Shown one piece after another: positions 1 through 9,263 of a stretch of DNA of 55,336 bases. The number at the start of each line of letters is the position of its first letter. The first letter of the stretch is position 1. The DNA comes from Syntrophomonadaceae bacterium (GTDB lineage Bacteria; Bacillota; Dethiobacteria; DTU022; PWGO01). The translations under genes and the position numbers were made by a program. The DNA lies in assembly GCA_003554525.1 (NCBI GenBank), contig PWGO01000004.1, positions 1 to 55,336 of the forward strand. The letters are read 5' to 3'. A model generated the notes under the pieces. That model did not search any database and had not been told where the DNA came from. It saw only the letters and a list, made by a program, of their open reading frames with translations.

Positions 1-1
1 C

Positions 2-97
2 GAAGCCGTGGCTGAATTGAGAAGTTGCGCAGGGAGTCAGTTTGATCCTTACCTGGTGGATGTATTCCTGTCGGTGCTGGAAATGGAATATTCCTAA
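2..97 (+). CDS. 3' end of a gene that starts left of the window; HD/HD-GYP-type signalling protein C-terminus (partial)
   Basis: A frame is open from the left edge: ...EAVAELRSCAGSQFDPYLVDVFLSVLEMEYS*, with stop TAA at 95-97. The G(S/T)QFDP.LV..F tail is typical of HD/HD-GYP domain C-termini. The fragment is too short for certainty. Confidence 0.4.
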   Translation, partial: EAVAELRSCAGSQFDPYLVDVFLSVLEMEYS

Positions 98-169
98 GGC
101 CGGTGGATATTGGAGTTCTTTTTTAAAAAAGTGAAATTATCGCTGCGCATGGGGCCATGTAAAGGGTGA

Positions 170-415
170 TTAAACCTCCTTTGTGGTATAAAGTGCGCCT
201 GAAGGGCAGTAATTGGTACAGGTAAATTCCCGGCAGTCGGGAGTATATATGCAGTTTTCTTCTGTACACAGGCTAATGCTCCCGCTGGAGCGGTCCAGGT
301 AAATTTTTATTTTGGCCTTGGCCGGGTTAAACTCCTGGAAATTGATAAATGCACAGGCCAGCTCACAGCTGCGGCAAGCGGTACACAAATTATGGTGATA
401 ATTTAAGCGTGGCAT
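170..415 (-). CDS. small 4Fe-4S ferredoxin-like protein, probable redox partner of the adjacent AOR
   Basis: 81 aa from ATG 415, with AGGAG 8 nt upstream. The track's GTG at 424 lies on the RBS. CTACRSCELAC is a CxxCxxCxxxC motif, and a second Cys group ends ...CTNYCP. It lies 41 nt downstream of AOR-1 on the same strand. Confidence 0.75.
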   Translation of the reverse strand: MPRLNYHHNLCTACRSCELACAFINFQEFNPAKAKIKIYLDRSSGSISLCTEENCIYTPDCREFTCTNYCPSGALYTTKEV

Positions 416-465
416 AATAACCACTCCTTTTTATAAATTACAGGCACGGCTGCCTGTCAATATGG

Positions 466-2397
466 TTACTTCTCCACAAGGCTTCGGTTATTTTTCAGCT
501 TTTCCAATACGCTTTCCATTCCCAGGCCTTCCAGCCCGCTGCGGGTTTGTAAACCTGTTTCCGGATCCCACCCGTGCAGGTTGTAATATTCATCCAGCAT
601 TTTATCCCAGTGGTTTTGTTCCAACATCTCTCCCTTAAAGGGGCCGCTTTTTATGGGTTCATCCATTAGACGGCGGGGAGGGTAATCGTCCTGGCGTTGG
701 AAACCAGCATGAAGCGTGTTGAATGCTTTTTCCAGGTTGTGTATGCGCTGCCCGGTTTTCATAATTTCCCCGGCAGTCAAGTTTTTACCGGTAGCGGCGT
801 TGAAAAGGCGGGTTATTTCCTCCAGGCCCGGCAGTTCGTAGTGCAACCAGCAGGTGATAAAACAGCACAATCCCATCATATCCACGACAGATTTAAATTT
901 TTCAAACCAGAATACAACCTGCGGCTTGCCTTCGTAGGAAGTAGGCACCCCGGCGGTTTCTACCCCGAACCTTTCCCGGGAATCCTGGCGCGATAATTTA
1001 CCAATTTCCGTTGTTATAGCCCCGTTAAGGTGTCCGCCACCCCGGGGAGCCACTACGGTTCCCAGTGCCCATCCTTTAAGTGAGCGAATTCCTTCTACCA
1101 GTTCTTGATTTTTTACGTGGATGGCGAAGTATTCGCTTTCCCGCTGTAGCAGGGAGGAGGCTTCTTTAACGCCGCGGGCCAGTATATCGCCGAAACCTTC
1201 GCGGTAAGCTATTTTGTGCAGAAGCTCCATAACCGGGGTATAATCTCCCCATTTTAAAGTCAGGCCCCCGGTATCTTTTTTGGTGATAATCCCTTTTTCA
1301 AACAGTTCCAGGGCCCAGGCAATTACCCCGGAACTGTTGTCGATATCCAGACCCAGGTCAATGCACATTTCATGGAATTTCAGGGCCGCCGGAGGATGGT
1401 TAATATCTATCCTGGATTGAAAATTCCATACCAGGTTGGCTTCAAAGCCTTCACAGGCCAGGCCAGCAAATTCGCCGTTTTTAATACGGTAAAAAGCGCT
1501 GCAGAATACGGGGCAGTTAAAACAGGATAGCTTGCGTACCCGGTAGTTATTTTTGAATTCTTCCGGGTGAACGCTGTTAATTTTGTCTTCGGGCCAGTGG
1601 TCATCCTGGAAATTTCGAACAGGTAGCCGGCACATCTGGTTGGCCCCGGGTATGGTAGCAGGGGTTCCCAGGGTGCGCAGGGTTTTAATAACTTCGTTCC
1701 GGTTTAATTTTTCCCGGTATTGATTTACTTCGTGTAAAAATTCCCCGGGGTTAAAAATACTAAATCCCTGCGTGCCTCGAACAGCCAGCGCTTTTAGATT
1801 CTTGGATCCCATAACAGCACCCAAAGCTCCGCGGCCGGCGGCACGGGATTCATCTCCAATAATGCAAGCAGATTTCACCAGGTTTTCACCCGCCGGTCCT
1901 ATGGAGATTATTCTGGTGTACTTGTCCATTAACTCCTGTTTTATCCTGTTTTCTGTTTCCCGGGTACCCAGTCCCCACAGGTTTTCCGCATGTTTCAAGC
2001 AGGCTTTTCCGTTGTTAATATACAGGTACACCGGAGCGGGGGCCTGACCGGTTACAATTACAGCATCAAAACCGGCAAATTTTAACTCGGGCGCAAAGTG
2101 GCCTCCCATGTTGGAAGAAGCCATACCTCCGGTAACCGGGTTTTTGGCGTCAATACTGAGACGGCACGATGCGGGGGCCATGGTTCCTGTCAGCGGTCCG
2201 CAGCTGAAAACCATAACGTTTTCCTTTTCCAGGGGGTCAGCTGTTACCGGTATTTCGTTAAAAATTACCCACTGGCCCAGTCCTCTCCCGCCCGGGTAAT
2301 GATTAACCAGCGACAGGGAAGATTCCACTTTTATTTCCTTAGTAGTTAAGTCAATCCTGAGCAATTTTCCGGTCCACCCGCCAGCTTGTTCATCCAT
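466..2397 (-). CDS. aldehyde:ferredoxin oxidoreductase family (tungstopterin) enzyme, copy 1
   Basis: 643 aa. The N-terminus GKLLRIDLTTKEIKVE...YPGGRGLG...GPLTG is typical of the AOR family. CFNCPVFC is the CxxCxxxC cluster motif. AGGAGG lies 9 nt upstream of the ATG. It is a paralog of 29881..31761. Confidence 0.9.
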   Translation of the reverse strand: MDEQAGGWTGKLLRIDLTTKEIKVESSLSLVNHYPGGRGLGQWVIFNEIPVTADPLEKENVMVFSCGPLTGTMAPASCRLSIDAKNPVTGGMASSNMGGHFAPELKFAGFDAVIVTGQAPAPVYLYINNGKACLKHAENLWGLGTRETENRIKQELMDKYTRIISIGPAGENLVKSACIIGDESRAAGRGALGAVMGSKNLKALAVRGTQGFSIFNPGEFLHEVNQYREKLNRNEVIKTLRTLGTPATIPGANQMCRLPVRNFQDDHWPEDKINSVHPEEFKNNYRVRKLSCFNCPVFCSAFYRIKNGEFAGLACEGFEANLVWNFQSRIDINHPPAALKFHEMCIDLGLDIDNSSGVIAWALELFEKGIITKKDTGGLTLKWGDYTPVMELLHKIAYREGFGDILARGVKEASSLLQRESEYFAIHVKNQELVEGIRSLKGWALGTVVAPRGGGHLNGAITTEIGKLSRQDSRERFGVETAGVPTSYEGKPQVVFWFEKFKSVVDMMGLCCFITCWLHYELPGLEEITRLFNAATGKNLTAGEIMKTGQRIHNLEKAFNTLHAGFQRQDDYPPRRLMDEPIKSGPFKGEMLEQNHWDKMLDEYYNLHGWDPETGLQTRSGLEGLGMESVLEKLKNNRSLVEK

Positions 2398-2510
2398 GCT
2401 TATTCGTCCTCCTTTTTATGGCAAAATTACGTTAAATTTGATGTGCTATTGTATTGAGCCTGTATAACCAGCTTTGCTCTCTTGTTTTAAATGCTGTCAC
2501 GGCCGGGAAT

Positions 2511-3422
2511 TTACTTGTTTTTTATTTCACGGTACCAGGGTTTTCCTTTAACCGGGTGAAAGCAAAGTTTGTTCTCTTTGGCCATGCAGTTTACACAGCC
2601 CGGTGTGGTTATGCCTGGCAGTTGCGCACCTTTGACTTTTTCCGCGGTTTCTACTGCTGTTTTAACCTGTTCTTCCGTTCCTTCCAGTACCAGGGTGACA
2701 GCGCCCCGGGCTTCTTCAAAACCACCGCTGGAGATACAGTAAGCATTGACCCCGCTAATGATTTTAAAAGCCTCCAGTTCGGTTATTGTTTTACCCTGGT
2801 CTGTAGCAACCAGGCAGCAAGAAATACCCATGGAATAGGAATACTCGTTTCTTTTTGCAAACTTACTAACCTGGTGAACCGGTTGGGGAACAAGCTTTTC
2901 CAGTCCGGCGGGGTAAACCATAGAGAAATTGTTTTCCTTGGCTTTCTCCAGCACGAAACCAAAAGTGCCGCCTTCAACCGGGTGCCCGGCCAAAACACCT
3001 ACATTTTTTTCATGGTCTACTGCATTTACTCCCTTAATGTACAGGTCTCCCTGTCCCATTTCCGAAATAATATCGCCTAAAGGATAATCGTAAATTACTT
3101 CACCCTTTTTTAATACCCAGGAATGGCGGAATCCGGTAGGGGAGGGGTGTTGTTTTATTTCACTGTCTTCTTTTTTTTCAGAATGAAAAGTAATATTGTT
3201 TTCCACGCAGGCCCCGTTTGAAGTTATAACCCCGCAAACCCAAACCCTTTCTTTGGATGGTGGGAAACCGGTGAGCTCTTCAAAAAGGAACCAGGTGCTG
3301 CTGCTGGGATGTATGGTAATAGTGCCGTTTTGCCAGGCATTTTGTACTTCCGGCAGCCTGGCGGTGGCTATACCGATAATTTTTTTGCCTTCCGTTGGAG
3401 TCAGGCTGATCTGAGCTAACAT
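2511..3422 (-). CDS. conserved hypothetical protein with a C-terminal Cys cluster (paralog of 40788..41651)
   Basis: 303 aa from ATG 3422. This start aligns MLAQISLTPTEGKKI with MIAQFVLTSSEAKKF of the paralog. Shared blocks are IHPSSST(W/Y)FL, VW(V/A)(C/A)GVI...GACVE, YIKGVNAVD and G(A/G)VTL(V/L)(L/V)EG.EE.V. The tail is CVNCMAKENKLCFH. I recognise no family. Confidence 0.7.
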   Translation of the reverse strand: MLAQISLTPTEGKKIIGIATARLPEVQNAWQNGTITIHPSSSTWFLFEELTGFPPSKERVWVCGVITSNGACVENNITFHSEKKEDSEIKQHPSPTGFRHSWVLKKGEVIYDYPLGDIISEMGQGDLYIKGVNAVDHEKNVGVLAGHPVEGGTFGFVLEKAKENNFSMVYPAGLEKLVPQPVHQVSKFAKRNEYSYSMGISCCLVATDQGKTITELEAFKIISGVNAYCISSGGFEEARGAVTLVLEGTEEQVKTAVETAEKVKGAQLPGITTPGCVNCMAKENKLCFHPVKGKPWYREIKNK

Positions 3423-3450
3423 AAAATTCACGCTCCCGTTTTTAATAAAC

Positions 3451-5568
3451 TTAGTCGGAAATTCCGTATTGCTTAAGCTTTTCGTAAAGTACAGATCGGT
3501 GTATCCCGAGGATCTGTGAAGCCTGGCGTTTATTACCCCCGGTTCTCTTCAGGGCTTCTTTTATGGCGTCTTTTTCTACTTCCTGCACCAGCTGGTAAAG
3601 GTGGATGTCGCGGTCGTGGAATTTATAGCTTTTGTCTTTTTTAACCGGCAGGTCATCTACAGTAATATTGCCGTCCTGCTTTGAGACCACCGTTCTTTCC
3701 AGTATATTTAATAGCTCCCTGACATTGCCGGGCCAGCTGTATTCTTGCAGGAGCTGTATGGCATTTTCTTCTATTTCGTATTCGAAATTGTCCAGCCCTT
3801 TTTCCCTGCACAGGATTTGCAGGAAATGTTCCACTAAAAGCGGTATATCTTCGGGGCGCTCTCTCAGCGGGGGTATATCTATACGGCACACGTTTAATCG
3901 GTAGAACAGATCCTGCCTGAATTCGCCCCTGTTAACCATTTCTTCCAGGTTTCGGTTGGTGGCGGTTATCAGTCGGAAATCTATGTACTTCACCTTTTCT
4001 CCGCCTACTTTTTCAATTTCCTTGTTTTCTACCACCCTGAGCAGTTTGGACTGGGTTTCTATCGGCATATCGCCTATTTCATCGAGGAAAATTGTCCCTT
4101 TATGTGCCAGCTCGAATTTGCCTTTTTTGCCCTTTTTAGAGGCACCGGTAAAAGCGCCTTCTTCGTATCCAAAAAGCTCCGATTCAAACAGTTCACGCGG
4201 GATGGCGGAACAGTTTACCCGGATAAAAGGCTGGTTGCTTCTTTTGCTGGACTGGTGTATACCGTGTGCAAACAGTTCTTTTCCCGTCCCACTTTCCCCG
4301 TAAATTAAGATATTGTAATTTCCCTGGGCAAAACGGATGCTCAGGTTTTTGATATTTTCTACCCTGTGGTTACGGGTAATGATATGGTCAAAAGAATACC
4401 TGGCTTTACGGAGGTTGGAAAGTTCCTGGTGGTAATATTCTACCTTGCTTTCCAGTAGGTTGAGCTTTTCCGTTAGCTTTTCCAGTTCTTTTTTGTCTTT
4501 GAAAATCACCATTCCCACGGCCCCGAGAACTTCACCATTTTTATTTTTGATGGGCAGCCTGTTGACTACCATTTCACGGTTGTTGTGTTTTAATATGGTG
4601 CCAATCTGGGGCTGTCCCGTTTCCAGTACCGTCTGCATCTGTGATTTGGGGGTGAGGGAGGTTATGTGTTTGCCCATGACCTCCGCCGGTTTTAGATTAA
4701 ATATGCTGGTATTCTGTTCGTTGGTGTATTTTATAAATCCTTTCCTGTCTACAATTACAATTCCTTCGTAGGCGTAATCCATTATGTCTTTAAGGTTGTC
4801 CAGTGTGGATTGAAAAAAGGAATCTTTCTTTTGGGAGGCCAGGTAGGAAAGATTGCTTACATCATGCAGGGTTATACACACTTCCGCTACGGTATCGTTC
4901 TCCAACAGGGGGACACAATTTACCAGTATTTTCTTGCTTTCTTGCAGCTCAATTACCCAGATTTTGCTAGATTTTTCGCTGAATACGGAGTTAACTTTTA
5001 TCCAGGGCGCTACGTCTACTATTAGCCTGTCTATTACTTCCCGGTGGTTAAGACTGAGCAGGTTAATTGCGGCCTGGTTAATGGAAGTTATTCTTTCGTT
5101 TTTGTTTACCAGTATGACCCCGGCGGCTTCATAGATAGTACTTATCCTGGCTTTAAGCCGGTGATAATTTTGTTCCAGTAATTTTAACCAGTCTTCAGCA
5201 AGAATTATTCCTTCGATAATATCTTTGTCTTTCTCTTCATTTACCACTACCAGCGGGAATTTCCACTCCCGGTGCTGCCACATTTCCAGGAGGTTTTCAG
5301 GATCCATGTTTGTTATATGTCCACGCTTAATTATGTTAACAGGACATAGTTCGAGCCTGCTGATTTTTTCCCCGCTATCCATTAAATGCGCCTGTGCCAT
5401 GGTGTTTAAATCTACCGTTCCTTTTGGGTATCCCCTGGAGCTAACTACCATTATTGCCGAACAGTTATTGTTAGCCGCTGCTTTCCACATTTTATCTAAC
5501 GTCTGTTGTTCTGATAAGGTGCAGAAGTTTTGATTGAGGGTTAGATGCCTGGATTCGGTTAAAGTCAA
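3451..5568 (-). CDS. sigma-54-dependent transcriptional activator (bEBP) with N-terminal sensory region, two PAS-like segments, AAA+ domain and Fis-type HTH
   Basis: Walker A is YGESGTGKE. The GAFTGA loop is YEEGAFTGA. Walker B is FLDEIGDM. The C-terminal HTH is NKRQASQILGIHRSVLYEKLKQYGI. TTG start, with GGGGGT 7 nt upstream. Confidence 0.9.
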   Translation of the reverse strand: MTLTESRHLTLNQNFCTLSEQQTLDKMWKAAANNNCSAIMVVSSRGYPKGTVDLNTMAQAHLMDSGEKISRLELCPVNIIKRGHITNMDPENLLEMWQHREWKFPLVVVNEEKDKDIIEGIILAEDWLKLLEQNYHRLKARISTIYEAAGVILVNKNERITSINQAAINLLSLNHREVIDRLIVDVAPWIKVNSVFSEKSSKIWVIELQESKKILVNCVPLLENDTVAEVCITLHDVSNLSYLASQKKDSFFQSTLDNLKDIMDYAYEGIVIVDRKGFIKYTNEQNTSIFNLKPAEVMGKHITSLTPKSQMQTVLETGQPQIGTILKHNNREMVVNRLPIKNKNGEVLGAVGMVIFKDKKELEKLTEKLNLLESKVEYYHQELSNLRKARYSFDHIITRNHRVENIKNLSIRFAQGNYNILIYGESGTGKELFAHGIHQSSKRSNQPFIRVNCSAIPRELFESELFGYEEGAFTGASKKGKKGKFELAHKGTIFLDEIGDMPIETQSKLLRVVENKEIEKVGGEKVKYIDFRLITATNRNLEEMVNRGEFRQDLFYRLNVCRIDIPPLRERPEDIPLLVEHFLQILCREKGLDNFEYEIEENAIQLLQEYSWPGNVRELLNILERTVVSKQDGNITVDDLPVKKDKSYKFHDRDIHLYQLVQEVEKDAIKEALKRTGGNKRQASQILGIHRSVLYEKLKQYGISD

Positions 5569-5692
5569 AGAGTAAACCCCCTTGTAAATTTCCGTAAAAA
5601 TTTTAATAAGTTTACCCGGGCTGCTTTGCTGTCAGGTACGGGTTCCGGTCAAGGCCTGGGTAAACACGTCAGTTAACTAACTGCTTTTGCCT

Positions 5693-7108
5693 TCATGCCT
5701 GTAGCCTTGTCTGCTGGGCCAGCCATTCCCGGGTGAAGTCTGTTATTAGCTTTACTTCCTCCAGGTTAAGTATACGGTTTAAGAGGCCGTATACGCTTTT
5801 GTTGTTGATAAATATGGTGTGAATGTTGCTTTTGAATTTTTCAATAATGTCTTCTTTTTGCATGGGATTTAGAAGACTTCCCTTGTATCCGGATTCCCTG
5901 GCGGTAAAGGTGGAGCCGTCCCGGGTTTTAACAGTTACCCTGTGCAGATCTTCTTCGTTGTTTTTTATTATACTATAAATTTTGCTCATTAGATACTTAA
6001 TTTCATGATCCGTGCAGGTAAATGCGGAGTCAAATTCTTCTATGCCGGCTCTATTTCTTGACAGTACCAGGGCCACCGCAAAAGGAAGGCTGTACTTGGA
6101 GGCGTATGTATTTTTGGGGTTTATTTTTTCTTCCCACGGTTCGCAAATTATTTTGGACTGTATTTCATTTACGCAACATTCTACAGATTCTATATCCCCG
6201 GGTTTTATGCCGTGATTTTGAACCAGCTTAAAGGCGGCTTCCATGTACGGATGAATGTAAAAGCAGCAGGGGTAGGGCTTGAAGGATATTTTGCAACTGT
6301 TCCAGTTTATACCAAGGTCGTCGAAAAAACCGGAATTTAACCGGGGGTTTCCAAAATAAGCCTGGTTGAAACCCAGGTGTCCTTCAAAGATTTTTTCTGG
6401 GCCGGTAATGCCCCTGGAGGCAAGCATGGCTGCAGTAATACCGGCTTTTGATGACCATCCCGGATGCATGATTTTAGCAAAGCTACCATCTACTGTAGAT
6501 TGAAGCAGGTTGGAATTAAAGTTTGCTCCAATTCCCAGGGCGTTCATGGTCTGTTCTTTAGTTAAACCGAACATTTTGGAGGCCAGAAGGGAGGAAGTAA
6601 TACTCCCGAGCAGGCCGGTAGGAGAGAGTCCGTTGCCGATTAAATTGTTTTGGCTGGAAATGGCTAAAGCGAGCCTGGTAGATATTTCGTATCCCAGGGA
6701 AGCCACGGTAATGACCTCCCTGCCGCTTGCACCAACGGTTTCTCCCAGGGCAAGGGCGGCAGGGACTATAAAGCAGCTGGGGTGGAGGCCGGTGCTTTGG
6801 TGAACGTCATCATATTGAAGCCCGTGGGCAAAAACGGAATTAAAAAAAGCGGCAGTAGGGGCGGAAAGCTTGTAATCCATCCCGAAAACAGTTCCGTGTT
6901 TGTCCGGGCCGGGTAAAAAGTATTCTTCGCCAACCTCCAATAATTTTAAACTCTGTTCCATTTTAGAATATAGCAAGGCGTTCCCCAGGGTATCGACAAA
7001 CCTCAATTTAACGTCTTCCCTGGCATAGTCTGGGAGGTAATCATTGGAAAAGTTGACGGTAAATTCCGCAAGCTTTTCACTAATGGTGGCATAGTTTGGT
7101 TTTTCCAT
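5693..7108 (-). CDS. MmgE/PrpD-family protein (2-methylcitrate dehydratase / cis-aconitate decarboxylase superfamily), copy 2
   Basis: 471 aa. Family-typical block FAHGLQYDDVHQSTGLHPSCF. Its length and overall layout resemble the other two PrpD-family ORFs in the window. Confidence 0.85.
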   Translation of the reverse strand: MEKPNYATISEKLAEFTVNFSNDYLPDYAREDVKLRFVDTLGNALLYSKMEQSLKLLEVGEEYFLPGPDKHGTVFGMDYKLSAPTAAFFNSVFAHGLQYDDVHQSTGLHPSCFIVPAALALGETVGASGREVITVASLGYEISTRLALAISSQNNLIGNGLSPTGLLGSITSSLLASKMFGLTKEQTMNALGIGANFNSNLLQSTVDGSFAKIMHPGWSSKAGITAAMLASRGITGPEKIFEGHLGFNQAYFGNPRLNSGFFDDLGINWNSCKISFKPYPCCFYIHPYMEAAFKLVQNHGIKPGDIESVECCVNEIQSKIICEPWEEKINPKNTYASKYSLPFAVALVLSRNRAGIEEFDSAFTCTDHEIKYLMSKIYSIIKNNEEDLHRVTVKTRDGSTFTARESGYKGSLLNPMQKEDIIEKFKSNIHTIFINNKSVYGLLNRILNLEEVKLITDFTREWLAQQTRLQA

Positions 7109-7178
7109 ATGGCCTCACCTTTTTTAAAAAATATATTTGCTGGAGATGACCTGCCTTGTTTTATGAAAGTTAATTTAG

Positions 7179-8549
7179 TCAGGCTTTTAAGTGCCTGGAT
7201 AGGCTGGATATCTTGATGTTTTCCAGGTCCTTTACTTTGTTTATTATTTTGTTTTTGGTTTCTTTATTCAAGTTATTTACTACGTCATTAAATTTTTGAA
7301 CCAGTTCGTCCCAGCTTAAGGGGTTTTGAGGATCCCCCCGGGGATAATCAATTTTGGCCTGGTAATTCTCTCCTTTTGTGGTGTAAATGTTTACCCGGGC
7401 TGGCCATTTTTGCGGAAACTCCGCATTTAATTCTTCGTCAGTGTAGCATTCTACTTTTTGCATCAGTATTTTAACCTCCTGGCTGCCAATCATTTGCAGG
7501 GTATATTCATCCAGGGAGGCCCTGTTTTTCAACAGGGTGACTGCAGCGGCAAAGGGTAGGCTAAACTGGGCATCAACTACACTCTGTGGGGCTTTTTTGT
7601 GTTCTTCCGGCTCTATTACAATGGGAAAAGCTGTTTTTACCGCCCCAATTTTAATTTTTTCAATTTCTTCTACCGGGACCCGGTGGCTCTTTAATATTTC
7701 CTGGATGGCGTCAATTGGCGCCTGGTTGTACCTGCAGCAGGCATGAGGTTTGATACTGGTATCGTTGATAAGCAGCCTGCCTCCCAGGTCTTTATCAACC
7801 AGCTCCGGGGAGGGTGCTTCGGAATAAGAGCTTAAAAAACCGTTTTTGCCTTCTATAGGGCGGGAGGGACCTTTAAAACCTTCACTGGCCAGGAAAGCGG
7901 CAATTATACCGCTGTGGCAGGCCCAACCCGGGTGAAAGCGCTTGGTCCAGGCGCCGTCGGCCAAAAATTCCATGGAGGCAGCTGCCTGGCTGGCGGCAAT
8001 ACCCAGGGCGTTTAAAAATTCATCTTCTCTTAAATTTAAAAGTCTGGAAGCTACTGCTGCAGCGGCAAAGGTGCCGCAAGTTCCGGTAGGGTGAAATCCG
8101 CGGCGGTAATGCTCTCTGGGATTAAGGGCGCGACCCAGCCTTATCATAATTTCGTAGCCTACAGCGGAAGCGGTAATCAAGTCTTTACCTGAAGCCCCTG
8201 TCATCTCCGAGATGGCTGTAGCAGCAGGGAAAACTGCAACTGCCGGGTGCAGGGAGGCTTCATTTACAACGTCATCAAGCTCCAGGCTGTGTGCAAAGCA
8301 GCCGTTGGCAATCACCGCGTATTCAGGGGAAGTAGTTATATCGGTGCCGGATACCACCGAGGTGGAGTTACCGGGCAGCCTGTTTTTTAACATGTTTATT
8401 ACCGGGGCGCTGGATTCCGCGGCAGAACCCCGCAAAGAGAGGCCCAGGTAATCCAGGTACAGGCTCCGGGTGGATTCCACGGTTTCGGAAGATAGATCTA
8501 CAAATTTTAAAGAGCTTAAATATTCTACCATTTTACTGCTTGCGTTCAT
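7179..8549 (-). CDS. MmgE/PrpD-family protein, copy 1
   Basis: 456 aa. Family-typical block FAHSLELDDVVNEASLHPAVAV. GGGAGGT lies 7 nt upstream of the ATG. Confidence 0.85.
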   Translation of the reverse strand: MNASSKMVEYLSSLKFVDLSSETVESTRSLYLDYLGLSLRGSAAESSAPVINMLKNRLPGNSTSVVSGTDITTSPEYAVIANGCFAHSLELDDVVNEASLHPAVAVFPAATAISEMTGASGKDLITASAVGYEIMIRLGRALNPREHYRRGFHPTGTCGTFAAAAVASRLLNLREDEFLNALGIAASQAAASMEFLADGAWTKRFHPGWACHSGIIAAFLASEGFKGPSRPIEGKNGFLSSYSEAPSPELVDKDLGGRLLINDTSIKPHACCRYNQAPIDAIQEILKSHRVPVEEIEKIKIGAVKTAFPIVIEPEEHKKAPQSVVDAQFSLPFAAAVTLLKNRASLDEYTLQMIGSQEVKILMQKVECYTDEELNAEFPQKWPARVNIYTTKGENYQAKIDYPRGDPQNPLSWDELVQKFNDVVNNLNKETKNKIINKVKDLENIKISSLSRHLKA

Positions 8550-8579
8550 TATACTTACCTCCCTATGGTTTGTTTGTTT

Positions 8580-9227
8580 TTACTGCTGTGGGGCCAGGGA
8601 CTGTATGTGTTTAATGACCCTTTCAGTCTCCATAACATCTGCGTACTTGTTGCCCATGTCGAAAAGAGACTGGTTGTGTGCATTTTCATCCCGGTCGGCT
8701 ACGCATTCCCGGGGGACTATGGTGCGAAAGCCGTAAGAAATACCGTCTACCACGGTAGCCCTAACACATCCGCTGGTGGTCATCCCGGTTATGACCAGGG
8801 TATCCACATCCCGGGAATTCAGGTGCATTAACAATCCTGTCCCAATAAAGGCGGAAGCCATCTTTTTTACAATTACCCGGTCATTTTCCTGCGGGGGGAT
8901 TAGAGGGTCTATGGTACAGTTTTTGCTTCCTTCGCTGCATACGGCCAGGCCGGGGATTTTTTTACCGAATATGCCGGCATCGCTCAGGTCTTTTTCGTAC
9001 TGGACCAGGGTGTAAAACAGGGGTATGTTTTTGGAGCGTGCCGCATCTAAAAGTGGTTTGGTGCTTTCAACTGCCCTGATTCCCTCGGGGCCACCGCCCA
9101 GCTCACCACGGGTGAACGCGTGCTGGAAATCTACCAGGATGATGGCAATTTTACGGCCAAAACCTATTTCCGCGGCAAAGCCCTGCTTTTCAAAAAGCTC
9201 CGTGGTCTCAAAGTTTTGGTTGGACAT
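8580..9227 (-). CDS. isochorismatase-family cysteine hydrolase (N-carbamoylsarcosine amidase / maleamate amidohydrolase-like), copy 1
   Basis: 215 aa. D-K-C triad context: ILVDFQ, VKKMASAF and TSGCVRAT. It is a paralog of 32134..32754. Confidence 0.85.
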   Translation of the reverse strand: MSNQNFETTELFEKQGFAAEIGFGRKIAIILVDFQHAFTRGELGGGPEGIRAVESTKPLLDAARSKNIPLFYTLVQYEKDLSDAGIFGKKIPGLAVCSEGSKNCTIDPLIPPQENDRVIVKKMASAFIGTGLLMHLNSRDVDTLVITGMTTSGCVRATVVDGISYGFRTIVPRECVADRDENAHNQSLFDMGNKYADVMETERVIKHIQSLAPQQ

Positions 9228-9263
9228 ATAAACCTCTCCCTTTCTGTTTATTTTTAGCTAAAA

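Noticed and set aside
98-169. Palindromes CTTTTTTAAAAAAG and CATGGGGCCATG between the convergent left-edge genes, considered as a bidirectional terminator
   Set aside because: The first is a pure A/T palindrome with no loop. The second has essentially no loop and no flanking T-run. Neither is convincing as an intrinsic terminator.
697-2349. Plus-strand ORFs (697..996, 1772..2047, 2098..2349, 2108..2299) and the minus-strand 1407..1604 inside the AOR-1 gene
   Set aside because: They lie entirely within a strongly supported 643-aa gene, either antisense or out of frame. They have no RBS, their composition is low-complexity or Pro/Arg/Ser-rich as is typical of shadow frames, and they carry no recognisable motifs.
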